DNA of 64,000 bases from Minisyncoccota bacterium (GTDB lineage: Bacteria; Patescibacteriota; Minisyncoccia; UBA6257; GWB1-50-10), in NCBI GenBank assembly GCA_020059585.1, contig JAGVBU010000009.1:962-64961 (forward strand), given 5' to 3'. The translations under genes were made by a program, and so were the position numbers. Of this stretch, positions 21,283 through 32,989 are shown one piece after another. Every line of letters begins with the position of its first letter. Position 1 is the first letter of the stretch. The notes under the pieces were generated by a model, which was not told the origin of the DNA, ran no database searches, and saw nothing but the letters and a program-made list of their open reading frames with translations.

Positions 21283-21317
21283 ATATTCCTCGTATCCCGT
21301 ACGAGGAATATTTTTTT
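21283..21317 (+). terminator. intrinsic terminator
   Basis: 12-bp stem atattcctcgta/tacgaggaatat, 5-nt loop, T7 run. Confidence 0.65.
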
Positions 21318-21343
21318 CACTAGAAACAATATACAATGATTTT

Positions 21344-22057
21344 ATGAACCCCGAACTCACGATCGTCATTCCGGCAAAAAACGAGGAGAAGCTCATCGGA
21401 ACGCTTCTTGAATCCGTTGTGCGTCAGGATTACCCGCGCATACGCACCACAAAAATCTACGTCGCGGACGCGCAGTCGACCGACCGCACAAGAGAGATTG
21501 TTCAAGGTTTCAAAGAAAAACTCGACATCGAAGTGATAGAGGGGGGTCCCGTTGCCGTCGGCCGCAATAACGGCGCGGCGCGCGCGCGAAGCGAATTCGT
21601 TCTCTTTCTCGACGGAGACATGGATCTTGGAAAGAAAGATACTCTTAGAAACGCGGTTGAAATCGCGAAGAGAAAAAAGCTTGATTGCGTCGGCGCCTAC
21701 GTGAAATGCAAAAACGGAAACCTTTTCGATAATTTCCTCTACGGAACGAATAACTTCGTGCAATTTCTCTCGAAATTCGTCTCCCCCTTTGCGACGGGCA
21801 TGTTCATGCTTTTTAGAAAATCGGCGTTCGACGCGCTCGGCGGATTCGACACCAAAACCCTCTTCGGTGAAGACTATATTCTCTCAAGCAAGGTGCCTTC
21901 GAAGCGATTTACCGTAAAAGGATACGTGCTCACGACAAACCGCCGCTTCAAAAGGATCGGCTATGGAAACATGATACGGATGATGTTCCTTAATATTCTT
22001 CATTTCAGGGATAAGGACTATATTGCCTCACGGGATTACAAGAATTATTGGGATTGA
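21344..22057 (+). CDS. family 2 glycosyltransferase
   Basis: 237 aa; LTIVIPAKNEE..., DAQSTDRT, FLDGDMD (DxD) motifs. Confidence 0.8.
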   Translation: MNPELTIVIPAKNEEKLIGTLLESVVRQDYPRIRTTKIYVADAQSTDRTREIVQGFKEKLDIEVIEGGPVAVGRNNGAARARSEFVLFLDGDMDLGKKDTLRNAVEIAKRKKLDCVGAYVKCKNGNLFDNFLYGTNNFVQFLSKFVSPFATGMFMLFRKSAFDALGGFDTKTLFGEDYILSSKVPSKRFTVKGYVLTTNRRFKRIGYGNMIRMMFLNILHFRDKDYIASRDYKNYWD

Positions 22058-22090
22058 GTATACTGAATACAGAACTTTCATTAGGAGTGT

Positions 22091-22453
22091 GTGATGCGCA
22101 ATAAAAATGACACACAGGAAGAATTATTCGAAGAGATGGAATCGCCTTCGAATTTTCATTTTTTCATGGAAAAAATGAACGAGACGCTTTCTTCGAGAGG
22201 ATTCTCTCCGAAGGTAAGCGAATCATATTTAGATTTTCGGAAGAGAGCGTTTCCATTTCTCTGGAAAGAACTTCCTTCCGAGGTACGCATCTTCGCGTTC
22301 GAGTTTCTCCTTCTTCGTCCCACGAAAGAATGGAATTCTCGCGATATACTCCTCTATCTAATCGCCCAAAGCGTGCCGGACGCCACCGAAAAAGAACTTA
22401 TGGACTTTGCCGGAATGTGCGCACAAAACGCGCTTGAACGCCCTATATTATAA
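22091..22453 (+). CDS. hypothetical protein
   Basis: 120 aa ORF with AGGAG RBS; no recognisable motif. Confidence 0.4.
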   Translation: MMRNKNDTQEELFEEMESPSNFHFFMEKMNETLSSRGFSPKVSESYLDFRKRAFPFLWKELPSEVRIFAFEFLLLRPTKEWNSRDILLYLIAQSVPDATEKELMDFAGMCAQNALERPIL

Positions 22454-22483
22454 AAAACCCGCGGAAAAACATGCGGGTTTTTA
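22453..22483. terminator. bidirectional intrinsic terminator
   Basis: acccgc-N10-gcgggt hairpin flanked by an A-run and a T-run, between convergent genes. Confidence 0.55.
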
Positions 22484-22509
22484 TTTGCCATCCGTGTTTG
22501 TTTGGCGCG

Positions 22510-22734
22510 CTAGAACGATGTTTTCGCTTTTATTGCCTTGAGCTGCTGCTCAAAATTTACAAGTTGTCTTTGAAGGCTCTGTATCGTTGAAACATTTTTA
22601 TCAACGAGCACATCGGTAACCGAAAGCTGCCACCAATAAAGAAGCCCTATCGCAACCATGATGATGAATGTCTGAATAACGGCTACGATGAAAAATTTCT
22701 GGCTATACGAGGTATTTTTTTGCATATCTGCCAC
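22510..22734 (-). CDS. small single-TM coiled-coil protein (FtsB/DivIC-like topology?)
   Basis: 74 aa; one TM helix followed by a heptad-like C-terminus LQRQLVNFEQQLKAIKAK. Confidence 0.35.
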   Translation of the reverse strand: MADMQKNTSYSQKFFIVAVIQTFIIMVAIGLLYWWQLSVTDVLVDKNVSTIQSLQRQLVNFEQQLKAIKAKTSF

Positions 22735-22858
22735 GGTGTTGAGACCTTTCCATATATTGTAGCATATCGGCGTCTTAAACGTAGAATCGGGTTGATTTTT
22801 TTCCTATATTTCATTATTATCATAATCCTGAACGAACATTTATAAACGAGGAGGAAGC

Positions 22859-23233
22859 GTGACGAAAGAGGCGAGAGAGTTTCTTATTAAAAAAATTGGA
22901 AAAGATTTCAACCCCATTGTCGATGAAGCATACGCGGTTGTTCCCGAGGGGGCGCGGCATATCGCAATAGGACGCGTGATGCTCTACAGCAAGAAGAGAA
23001 ATCTCATATTCATTGTATGGAGAAAAGAGGGCGGACATCTTACAAAAAAACTATTAAGAGAATCCACCAAGGGAAAAGAACTTCATATCGCCCAAGTAGC
23101 GCTTGAAAACGATGCAGTCGTCGTTTTCATTGATGCGGGAGAAGGATATGCAAAAATGCATACGATGGAAAAAATAATAATCCCCCGTTCCGATCTCAAA
23201 GGATTGATTCATACGCAAAAACATCGCAAATAA
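22859..23233 (+). CDS. hypothetical protein
   Basis: 124 aa ORF with GAGGAGG RBS upstream; no recognisable motif. Confidence 0.4.
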   Translation: MTKEAREFLIKKIGKDFNPIVDEAYAVVPEGARHIAIGRVMLYSKKRNLIFIVWRKEGGHLTKKLLRESTKGKELHIAQVALENDAVVVFIDAGEGYAKMHTMEKIIIPRSDLKGLIHTQKHRK

Positions 23234-23260
23234 AAAAAGCCCGTTTCCGGGCTTTTTTTT
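23232..23260. terminator. bidirectional intrinsic terminator
   Basis: aagcccg-tttc-cgggctt hairpin flanked by A7 and T8. Confidence 0.65.
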
Positions 23261-23561
23261 AATATCCTCTCCTCGGAGAATCGTTAAAGCGCTTGCGCTG
23301 CGGCGGACGGTCTCCCATCGGCTTCGCCTCGTTTACCACGAGGGTTCTGCCTCCGAAATCCTTTCCATTCCACATCTCAATCGCTTTCGATGATCCGTCT
23401 TCGTCAGCCATTTCGACGAATCCAAATCCGCGTGAGCGACCCGTGAACTTGTCCATCATAATCGTCGCTGAGACAACTTCACCGGCTTGTGCAAACGCGC
23501 TCTTCAATTCATCGTCCGTTGTTTGATACGGAAGACCTCCGACATACAATCTCTTTTCCAT
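23259..23561 (-). CDS. RRM-type RNA-binding protein
   Basis: Start at MEKRLYVGGLPY (RNP-2) with RNP-1 RGFGFVEM; about 187-nt 5' leader upstream. Confidence 0.8.
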   Translation of the reverse strand: MEKRLYVGGLPYQTTDDELKSAFAQAGEVVSATIMMDKFTGRSRGFGFVEMADEDGSSKAIEMWNGKDFGGRTLVVNEAKPMGDRPPQRKRFNDSPRRGY

Positions 23562-23745
23562 GTAAGCGTGTGTTTTGCGTAGGGCGACCTCTCTCCACTC
23601 GCATTGTTTCCTTTCTCTGCGATGGAAAATGCCATCTACGCGAAACGAGAAACAAAAGCTTTCCGAGAACCTACGCATATATCATACCATACCGTCCTTA
23701 TATATGCAAATAAAATCCCGGCAACACGCGCCGGGAAGGAAATAT

Positions 23746-24183
23746 CTACCATTCGTGGGAACCTTCTCTAGTTAAGAGAAAGTTCACTACCTTTACATCG
23801 GGGAAAATACTTGCGACGAACGCTCTCGCGGCATCAAGCTCTTTTATATAAAAATCGTTCTCTGTTGCAACATCCTCAAAATGTTTTCCATATGCCCCGC
23901 ACGCGGAATGTCCCATGAGGTATACCACCTTCGATTTGTGCAATCTGATCGATTTCTCTATTTGTCCCAAAAGGAATTCTTTTGATGCTCCGTTTTCTGG
24001 AGTGGAAAGTTCCTTTACGCCTCCCGCAACCATAATCGGATCGAATCGGGAAAAACCTTTTTCCTTCACAAAATCGAGGAATCCAGGCCATGTTCGGTTA
24101 TCAATGCACCAGACAATTGTCGCGTCGGCCGTATAGTGTCCTTCGCGCGTCATTACAATATTGTTATAATTTTTTTTCTCCAT
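23746..24183 (-). CDS. small beta-carbonic-anhydrase-like protein
   Basis: 145 aa with CIDNR (CxDxR) and HSAC (HxxC) zinc-ligand motifs; shorter than canonical beta-CAs. Confidence 0.35.
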   Translation of the reverse strand: MEKKNYNNIVMTREGHYTADATIVWCIDNRTWPGFLDFVKEKGFSRFDPIMVAGGVKELSTPENGASKEFLLGQIEKSIRLHKSKVVYLMGHSACGAYGKHFEDVATENDFYIKELDAARAFVASIFPDVKVVNFLLTREGSHEW

Positions 24184-24219
24184 ATGTGTTCCTTTGTGTT
24201 GTTTTTAAAATCGCGGATA

Positions 24220-25855
<1,636 letters not shown>

Positions 25856-25921
25856 TTATACGCGCGATCCATAAAATATTTTACTGCGACTATGATTGTT
25901 TTCTGTGTGTTTCATATGACA

Positions 25922-26872
25922 TTAATTTTTTTGCAACGCTTCCGCCCCACCGACGATTTCCGCGATCTCCTGCGTAATCCTTGCCTGACGGATTTTATTG
26001 AATTGAAGGAGAAGACCCTCCTTTAATTCTCCCGCATTTTCAGATGCGTTTTTCATGGCAACCATGCGCGCGGAATGTTCCGATGCGTTTGCTTCAAGAA
26101 TAAGATCGTAAATAAGAATTTCGAAGATAGCGGGAGCGAGCACTTCCAATACAGACTGCGCGTCCGGCTCTATGAGATATTCAAAATCATCAGTGTGTCC
26201 GTGTTCGGGATCGTGAGCCGTCACCATCTGTGAAAATCCAGAGAATCTTCCGGCTTCAGGAACCAATTCGCGCACCGTACTCCAGATGGTATCCCCCCGT
26301 ACGGGAAGGATCTCTCTCACTAAAACCTCCTGCCTAAGCGTGGTTCTAAAATGCGTTGATACCACAAGTACGCGGTCCCATTTTTTCCATAAAAATCCCC
26401 TGATGACAAACTGAAAGAGCGCTTCTGTTTCTTCCACTTCAACATGATCTCCGAAATTTTTAAATGATGCCACGCGATTAAGTTTTTTCCGCTCAAGGAA
26501 CTCTTCCGCCTTTTTCCCTACAGCGACGAAAGAAAACGATTCTGGAGATCCTTTTGTTTCGTCGATGATTCTCTTTTCAAATGCACGGATGATGTTCGTG
26601 TTAAACGATCCCGCGAGCCCCTTGTCTGATGCGATAACCACAACTAGTGTATGACGTATATCCCGCGCGCGCATAATTTCCGGACGATACGGCGTTTTCT
26701 TTTCCAAATACACAAGCATTCTGAGCGCCTCAATCGCGTATGGACGAGAAAGAAGCGCGATCTCCTGACTTCGGCGCATTTTTGTCGCAGAAACCATTTC
26801 CATCGCTTTTGTTATCTGGCTTGTATTCGTTACTGCCCGTATTCTTCTTTTTATTTCCTGCATTGATGCCAT
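25922..26872 (-). CDS. atpG: ATP synthase F1 gamma subunit
   Basis: 316 aa; MASMQEIKRRI... start and gamma C-terminal helix. Confidence 0.9.
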   Translation of the reverse strand: MASMQEIKRRIRAVTNTSQITKAMEMVSATKMRRSQEIALLSRPYAIEALRMLVYLEKKTPYRPEIMRARDIRHTLVVVIASDKGLAGSFNTNIIRAFEKRIIDETKGSPESFSFVAVGKKAEEFLERKKLNRVASFKNFGDHVEVEETEALFQFVIRGFLWKKWDRVLVVSTHFRTTLRQEVLVREILPVRGDTIWSTVRELVPEAGRFSGFSQMVTAHDPEHGHTDDFEYLIEPDAQSVLEVLAPAIFEILIYDLILEANASEHSARMVAMKNASENAGELKEGLLLQFNKIRQARITQEIAEIVGGAEALQKN

Positions 26873-26875
26873 AGA

Positions 26876-28411
26876 TTATTGCGGAAGCGTTTTAAGAAAT
26901 TGTTCGATACCTTTTTTTATTTTTTCCTCCGCCGATTCCGAAATATCGCCGCTTGTGCGTATTTCGAGAAGCAACGGTTCGTGGAGTTTTCTGAAATAAT
27001 CCACAAGCTTTTCCTCAACGTCTTTCAGTGACGCGGCGGGAATTCCGTTAAAATACCCGCGAAGCGCCGCGTAAAACACTATGGCTTGCATTTCGAATTC
27101 CATAGGCGATCCATCGGTCTGTTTCAATATTTCAACAATCATTCTTCCGCGATCTATTTTTTCTCTTGTTCCCTCGTCGAGATCCGAGGCAAATTGCACA
27201 AATGCCTGCAATTCCCTGAACTGGGCAAGTTCAAGGCGAAGTTTTCCCGCCACTTTTTTTATCGCTTTGGTTTGTGCGGACGAACCCACTCTCGAAACGG
27301 AAAGCCCCGCATTTATCGCGGGACGCACTCCCTGATAAAAAAGATCTGATTCGAGGTATATTTGCCCGTCAGTGATGGATATGACATTCGTCGGAATATA
27401 CGCGGATACGTCTCCGAGCTGCGTTTCAATGATAGGAAGCGCGGTAAGCGAGCCTCCTCCCCGCTCCTGATTTAGTCGTGCCGCGCGTTCCAAAAGACGC
27501 GAGTGAAGATAGAACACGTCTCCGGGGAATGCTTCACGTCCCGGAGGACGGCGCAATAAAAGCGAAATTTGCCTGTATGCCGACGCGTGTTTCGTAAGAT
27601 CGTCGTATACAATAAGAGCGTCCATTCCCTTTTCCATAAAAAACTCTCCTATCGCACATCCGCTATACGGCGCAAGAAACCACAGTGATGCCGGATCTGA
27701 AGAGGAAGCAACCACGACAATCGTATATTTCATCGCTCCTTCCGCTTCAAGCATGCGCACTGCCTTTGCGACATTCGCCTGCTTCTGCCCTATCGCGACA
27801 TAAATACATATAGGGGTTCTTCGCGTGGTGTCATTCTTCTGATTAATAATTGTATCGAGCGCAATTGCGGTTTTTCCCGTTTGCCGATCTCCGATAATAA
27901 GTTCGCGCTGTCCCCGTCCGATGGGAATCATTGAATCGATTGCCTTGATCCCCGTATGAAGGGGGGTGTTTACCGATTCACGCATAAGAATTCCCGGCGC
28001 AAGTTTTTCAACAAGAGCAAAAGAGGATTTCTCTTTTTCTGTGAAAATAGGTCCCTTGCCGTCGAGAGGTTCCCCAAGTGGATTCACTACTCTTCCCACG
28101 AGCGCATCGCCTACCGGAATGGAAAGCACTTTTCCAAGTCCCGTTACCGTATGTCCCGCCTTAATGTGTGAAAAATCTCCGAGAACGATAGCGCCAATCG
28201 CGTGTTCCTCAAGATTGAATGCAACCGCATGTACCGACCCTTCTCCAGTTTCTATCGTAAGCATCTCTTGACTCATCACTCCGGATAATCCTGAGATTTT
28301 CACGACGCCATCCGCAACTTCGATCACTTCTCCGGCAGTTCTGTGAGACGGAGTTTCATTCTCAAAGTCGGCTATTTGTTTTTTTAGTTTTTCTATAATT
28401 TCGTAGGACAT
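26876..28411 (-). CDS. atpA: ATP synthase F1 alpha subunit
   Basis: 511 aa; P-loop GDRQTGKTA. Confidence 0.95.
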   Translation of the reverse strand: MSYEIIEKLKKQIADFENETPSHRTAGEVIEVADGVVKISGLSGVMSQEMLTIETGEGSVHAVAFNLEEHAIGAIVLGDFSHIKAGHTVTGLGKVLSIPVGDALVGRVVNPLGEPLDGKGPIFTEKEKSSFALVEKLAPGILMRESVNTPLHTGIKAIDSMIPIGRGQRELIIGDRQTGKTAIALDTIINQKNDTTRRTPICIYVAIGQKQANVAKAVRMLEAEGAMKYTIVVVASSSDPASLWFLAPYSGCAIGEFFMEKGMDALIVYDDLTKHASAYRQISLLLRRPPGREAFPGDVFYLHSRLLERAARLNQERGGGSLTALPIIETQLGDVSAYIPTNVISITDGQIYLESDLFYQGVRPAINAGLSVSRVGSSAQTKAIKKVAGKLRLELAQFRELQAFVQFASDLDEGTREKIDRGRMIVEILKQTDGSPMEFEMQAIVFYAALRGYFNGIPAASLKDVEEKLVDYFRKLHEPLLLEIRTSGDISESAEEKIKKGIEQFLKTLPQ

Positions 28412-28417
28412 GGATTT

Positions 28418-28804
28418 TTATACTCGTGTTGATTTCGTGATGCGTTCGAGTTTCTTCTTAAGCGTTGCATCAATCATAATTTCATCATTTACGACAAGCT
28501 TTACCCCCGCAATGATTTCGGGATCGATAACTTGATGCACAAGTGCCTCATTCCCGAATGCGTTTTTTATTTTATCAAGAAGGGACTCATGGAGAATTCG
28601 CGCTGCATATACTTTGATCTTTACCCGCCCCTCTTTTCTGGCTATTTTTTCTTCTATAGAAGCGATAACCTTTTCCGCGTTTCCTATATCTCCAGAAACA
28701 TTCAGCGTGCGTATGAGTCCCGCCATAATTTTATTTTTCTCTTCCGGATGCGTTTCCATAAGAGAAAGAAACGCGTCCGCGTATATGTGCGGAGGATATT
28801 TCAT
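28418..28804 (-). CDS. atpH: ATP synthase F1 delta subunit (short)
   Basis: 128 aa; OSCP-like N-terminus YADAFLSL and a C-terminal IAGVKLVVND block. Confidence 0.65.
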   Translation of the reverse strand: MKYPPHIYADAFLSLMETHPEEKNKIMAGLIRTLNVSGDIGNAEKVIASIEEKIARKEGRVKIKVYAARILHESLLDKIKNAFGNEALVHQVIDPEIIAGVKLVVNDEIMIDATLKKKLERITKSTRV

Positions 28805-29307
28805 ACGCGCATCTTTTTAACTTCGGCAATTGCCTGAAGCACAAGCGCCTCATCAATCGCGTCAGGCGCATTATTCGCCACTTTTTTTATTGTCTCTTTT
28901 ACGAGCGCCGCGGCTTCTTCATACGCGATCTCGCGCGCGGTTTCTTCTATGTGAGTTGCTTTTCGTTCCGCTCCCTCAAGAATTCTCTTCTCTTTTTCCT
29001 TTGTCTCTAAAAGATATGAGGATTCTTTCTCTTTTGCCGCCTTTTCCGCGCGAGCAATAATATCCATCGACTTCTTGTCGGCATCAGACACCCTTTCGAC
29101 AAAAACCTTATCGGCATCCTTTAACTGTTCGGAAGCACGATCGGCATCGCGTATCCCCTGTTCTACTTTTGCCCTTCTTTCATTAAGCATTTTCACAAGA
29201 GGTCCGTATACCGTCTTCTTAAGAACAAACAAAATAACCAGAAAATTCAGTATCTGGGCAAGAAGAAGCTGCCAATGAATTCCTAATTTTTCTAATAATT
29301 CGCTCAT
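28801..29307 (-). CDS. atpF: ATP synthase Fo b subunit
   Basis: 168 aa; single N-terminal TM then long charged helix. Confidence 0.75.
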   Translation of the reverse strand: MSELLEKLGIHWQLLLAQILNFLVILFVLKKTVYGPLVKMLNERRAKVEQGIRDADRASEQLKDADKVFVERVSDADKKSMDIIARAEKAAKEKESSYLLETKEKEKRILEGAERKATHIEETAREIAYEEAAALVKETIKKVANNAPDAIDEALVLQAIAEVKKMRV

Positions 29308-29326
29308 AAATTCTCGTGTGATTTGG

Positions 29327-29554
29327 TTATACGAACTTCAAAATGAGAGACATGACCAGCGCATAGATCGCGATTGCCTCAGTGAATGCCACCGCGAGAA
29401 TCATTGCCGTCTGAATTTTCGGCGCTGCCTCAGGATTTCTGCTCATTGCGTCCGCGGATTTCGAACCTATCCATCCAATTGAGAATGCTGGGATAAGTGT
29501 TCCCATTCCCATAATGACGGCAATGGCGATTAGCTTTGTTGTTTCTATTTCCAT
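29327..29554 (-). CDS. atpE: ATP synthase Fo c subunit
   Basis: 75 aa hairpin proteolipid with conserved carboxylate in helix 2 (AFTEAIAIY). Confidence 0.85.
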   Translation of the reverse strand: MEIETTKLIAIAVIMGMGTLIPAFSIGWIGSKSADAMSRNPEAAPKIQTAMILAVAFTEAIAIYALVMSLILKFV

Positions 29555-29601
29555 ATGATGTGATTAAAAATATTTTTTTTGCGACCTTTTTTATATATCG
29601 G

Positions 29602-30345
29602 TTAATGTTCCGCTTCAGCCGTCGCAATCGATACAAACACGAGTGTAAGCGTTGCAAACACGAATGCCTGTATGAATCCGACGAATATCTCCATAAAAAG
29701 AAACGGAAGCGGAATAAAATATGGCGCGAGCACTCCAATAATAGTAAGAAGCACTTCGCCGGCAAATACATTCCCGAACAATCTGAATGAAAATGAAATC
29801 ATTTTCGCAAATTCGGAAATAAATTCGAGAAGTCCTACAAAAGTGTGGATCGGATTCTTCAGAGTAAAAAATCTATTGGCATAACGGAAAAACCCCGCTG
29901 AAAGTATTCCAAAGAAATTCACTCCTATAACCGCGATCAATGCCACGCCAAGGGTGAAATTCAAATCCGCCGAGGGAGCCCTAAAAAAAGGCACAAACAC
30001 CTCTTTTCCTCCGTGAAGTTCGTATATTCCAAGCGATCCCACGCCCGGAAGAAGTCCAAGCCAATTCGCAATGAGCACTACTCCGAATATCGTCGCAATG
30101 AGCGGAAGATATTTTTCGGTTTTTTCTCTTTTCCCGAGTACGGAATCCATAAGATCCATGAGCCCTTCAAGGGCAAATTCGACAAAATTCTGAAGCGAAC
30201 CCGGAATAACGGCAAGTTTTTTCTTTACAGACATTCCCACAAAAACCATTATCGCAAGGACAAAACCACTCACCACGAGCGAATTTGTCATCGAAAAAGA
30301 TCCGATATGGAATAATGTTTCGGCCTTAAGTGATATTTCGGTCAT
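29602..30345 (-). CDS. atpB: ATP synthase Fo a subunit
   Basis: 247 aa; conserved FRLFGNVFAGEVLL helix with essential Arg. Confidence 0.85.
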   Translation of the reverse strand: MTEISLKAETLFHIGSFSMTNSLVVSGFVLAIMVFVGMSVKKKLAVIPGSLQNFVEFALEGLMDLMDSVLGKREKTEKYLPLIATIFGVVLIANWLGLLPGVGSLGIYELHGGKEVFVPFFRAPSADLNFTLGVALIAVIGVNFFGILSAGFFRYANRFFTLKNPIHTFVGLLEFISEFAKMISFSFRLFGNVFAGEVLLTIIGVLAPYFIPLPFLFMEIFVGFIQAFVFATLTLVFVSIATAEAEH

Positions 30346-30401
30346 TGTAGGGTGTTCACGGCAACGAAAAAAAAGAGCCGAGAAAAGGTTCCGACGCTCA
30401 T

Positions 30402-30430
30402 CATAATATACAAGAGCACCCTAAAATGCA
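30402..30430 (-). promoter_or_regulatory. candidate sigma70 promoter of the atp operon
   Basis: Minus-strand TTGCAT, 17-nt spacer, TATTAT, about 55 nt upstream of the atpB start. Confidence 0.4.
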
Positions 30431-30444
30431 ATATTTTTAGACGC

Positions 30445-31353
30445 TTACAACACCGTGTCGCGTTCTTTCATGGGACACGAAAACGTTTCCGCCTCGGCAA
30501 TGACTTTTTTCAGTTTCCCCGATGAAAAATTAAATCCTTTCAACACCTCAGGGTGTTCGAGTATATCCTTGCAGACAACGATTCCCGCGTTTAAAAGATA
30601 GTGTTTCTGCCCGCGATTCAATTCCGCGAGACACGTGACGGGATGCAATCCTGAGGCCTCAACAAGATCCTGCAGGTTTCCCACGGAAGGATAACTCCAC
30701 CCTATTGCCTTCATACCCACGCAACGCGCGTATCGTATCGCATCTCCGGTGAGTTTTGTATTGGTAACAAGCCATACCTCATTGAAACCTTTTTCTGCTC
30801 TATCGGAGTGATTCTTTTTTGAGATATCCTCAAACCGTGCCTGTATATAAAGAGAGGTTTTGACATCTGATTTAATGCCCTGCTGATTATGAAATTTGCA
30901 CTCAATCATCACGGAATTCCCATTTTTTTCAGCGACGACATCTATCTCATGATCAACGCACGCGCCGGAAACCGTGACACCTACGGAAGTGGCGTACCCA
31001 TCCGACGCGAGGATACGGGCAAGAAAATTCTCGAATGGGTGCCCGCTCGGGCCAAGTTCCATAATCGCCCTCCGAAGATAATATCTTGAGGCAACCATGC
31101 GGGATTCCTTGCGGAGCATTTTAAACGCGTGCTTGTAGAGATCCTGAGTCGTTGAAAGCACTCCACGCTCAACTTCCTTTTCAATATACGCAGAAACCTT
31201 ATTGATCAGTTTTTCGTCGGCACCCGACCGCGAAAGAGACGAACGAAGCTTATCTCCGGAAAAAAGCTCCTTTTCTCCCGATGTTTTCGTGATGAATGTT
31301 TTTCGCATTATCTGCTCATTATACGTTTTTTTTCGATCATTTGCATCATTCAT
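30445..31353 (-). CDS. ATP-cone domain fused to PD-(D/E)xK (Mrr-like) nuclease domain
   Basis: 302 aa. N-terminus IMRKTFITKTSGEKELFSGDKLRSSLSRSG matches the ATP-cone of NrdR/RNR. Downstream D...VDHEIDVVAEKNGNSVMIECK fits a restriction-endonuclease-fold active site. Confidence 0.55.
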   Translation of the reverse strand: MNDANDRKKTYNEQIMRKTFITKTSGEKELFSGDKLRSSLSRSGADEKLINKVSAYIEKEVERGVLSTTQDLYKHAFKMLRKESRMVASRYYLRRAIMELGPSGHPFENFLARILASDGYATSVGVTVSGACVDHEIDVVAEKNGNSVMIECKFHNQQGIKSDVKTSLYIQARFEDISKKNHSDRAEKGFNEVWLVTNTKLTGDAIRYARCVGMKAIGWSYPSVGNLQDLVEASGLHPVTCLAELNRGQKHYLLNAGIVVCKDILEHPEVLKGFNFSSGKLKKVIAEAETFSCPMKERDTVL

Positions 31354-31378
31354 TCCGGTACGCTATCGTAAATCGGTT

Positions 31379-32410
31379 ATGACGGAAAAACAAACAATAA
31401 AAATAAAAAAACAAAAGGACGCGACAGTCGAGATCGAGGGTGAAATTGCCGCCGAGATTCTTGAAAAACACAGGGCCCGTCTTTTCAATGAATTCAAAAG
31501 CGGTCTCGAGGCTCCCGGCTTCAGGAAGGGAAAGGTTCCGGATGAACTCGCGAAAAAACAGGTGCATGAAAAAAATCTTCTTGAGGAAGCTGCCTATGCG
31601 GCGCTTGAGGAACAGTATCCTCTCATTCTCGAACTTCACGACATAGAACCCATCACACCTCCCCGCATCCGCATCACAAAACTCGCGTTCGGCACTCCGC
31701 TTGGATTCTCACTCACGGTAGGAGTGATTCCGGAGTTTTCACTTCCTCACTATAAGAAGATCGCGAAAAAAGTTCTTGAAGGAAAAAAGGATCCGGAAAT
31801 TTCAGAAAAAGATATAGAAGGCGTGCTTGTCCAAGTACGCGCGTTCCGCGCGCCCATCAAGAAAGGGAAAGAAGGTGAACCCGACGAAGCGGAAGCGCTT
31901 ACCGACGAGTTCGTAAAAACACTTGGAGATTTTGAGAGCGTAGAGGATTTCAAACGCAAAATAGGAGAGAATTTGAAAGAAGAGAAGAAAATCACCATTC
32001 GGCGTGAATATCGCGAAAAGATAGCGGAGGCGCTTGTAAAAGAAACGAAAATAATACTCCCTCCGATGCTCCTCGACGAGGAGGTTGAACGCGTAATGCA
32101 CAGGATAAAAGAACACGCGCAGAAAGAAAATATTTCCCTTGATGATTATTTTTCCAAAATACAGAAAACCGAGGATGCGTTCAGAAAAGAACAGCGCGAA
32201 TATGCGGATCGCCAATACAAGACAAAACTTATTCTCGAAAAAATAGCGGAAACCGAGAAAATAACTCCCACAAAAGAGGAGTTCCAGCACGAGTTGAGTC
32301 ATTTTCTTTCTTATTATCAGGATGTTGAACCGGAAACCGCCGAGCGATATGTCGCGGAAACGCTAAAAAACGAAAAAACGCTTCAATTTCTGGAAACGCA
32401 GGATTCCTAA
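31379..32410 (+). CDS. tig: trigger factor (short form)
   Basis: Start at MTEKQTIKI; ribosome-binding signature GFRKGKVP. 343 aa, shorter than typical TF; the middle region is not recognisably FKBP-like. Confidence 0.75.
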   Translation: MTEKQTIKIKKQKDATVEIEGEIAAEILEKHRARLFNEFKSGLEAPGFRKGKVPDELAKKQVHEKNLLEEAAYAALEEQYPLILELHDIEPITPPRIRITKLAFGTPLGFSLTVGVIPEFSLPHYKKIAKKVLEGKKDPEISEKDIEGVLVQVRAFRAPIKKGKEGEPDEAEALTDEFVKTLGDFESVEDFKRKIGENLKEEKKITIRREYREKIAEALVKETKIILPPMLLDEEVERVMHRIKEHAQKENISLDDYFSKIQKTEDAFRKEQREYADRQYKTKLILEKIAETEKITPTKEEFQHELSHFLSYYQDVEPETAERYVAETLKNEKTLQFLETQDS

Positions 32411-32493
32411 AACGCAAAAACGCGCTATCCACAGAATCCTCTTGCGTCGGCTCCCGCTGGTGCTATGATGAATACAGGTAACCCACAGGAAAA

Positions 32494-32562
32494 AATGCCA
32501 CTTGAGAAATCAGGTGGCGTTTTTTGTTCAAAAAAACATCCATTCTTCAAAGAATGGATGTA
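32494..32562. terminator. two tandem hairpin terminators between convergent tig and a small HTH gene
   Basis: gccac-N12-gtggc + GTTTTTT (32494-32521) and catccattc-ttcaaa-gaatggatg flanked by A7/T5 (32536-32568). Confidence 0.55.
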
Positions 32563-32568
32563 AGGTTT

Positions 32569-32901
32569 TTAAAAAGTGAAATTTCTTATATGTTTCTTCA
32601 TCTTATTAACGCTTGAATAGACGAATCTCCAAAATTCATCGGGAGAAAGTCCAAGAATCACCATTACTTCTTCGGGTTCTTTATCCTCAAAAAGATACAC
32701 ATCAAAAAGCTTTTTTTCCTTTTCTGTAAACTCGCCATTCGTATTCGCGAAAATCTTCTTTATTTCCTCAATCTTTCTCGTTCTCGCGGTCTCGTATATG
32801 TCCGAGTTCCGCTGACGCAATTTTTCAATCTTTGGTGAACATTCTGACGTGCTTTTCACCTCCAGTTCATTTCTGGGTTTCTTCTTCTTGTTCTTCGACA
32901 T
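32569..32901 (-). CDS. small sigma-70 region-4-like HTH protein
   Basis: 110 aa. C-terminal LFDVYLFEDKEPEEVMVILGLSPDEFWRFVYSSVNKMKK resembles a sigma factor region 4 / LuxR-type HTH. Confidence 0.35.
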   Translation of the reverse strand: MSKNKKKKPRNELEVKSTSECSPKIEKLRQRNSDIYETARTRKIEEIKKIFANTNGEFTEKEKKLFDVYLFEDKEPEEVMVILGLSPDEFWRFVYSSVNKMKKHIRNFTF

Positions 32902-32989
32902 CGGCGATCCTCCTATATTTTTTTGTAAAAGATGTCAGTACTTCATTTCTATCATGTATTTTTTCATTCCGCCAGCGTCTCCTATCGTA

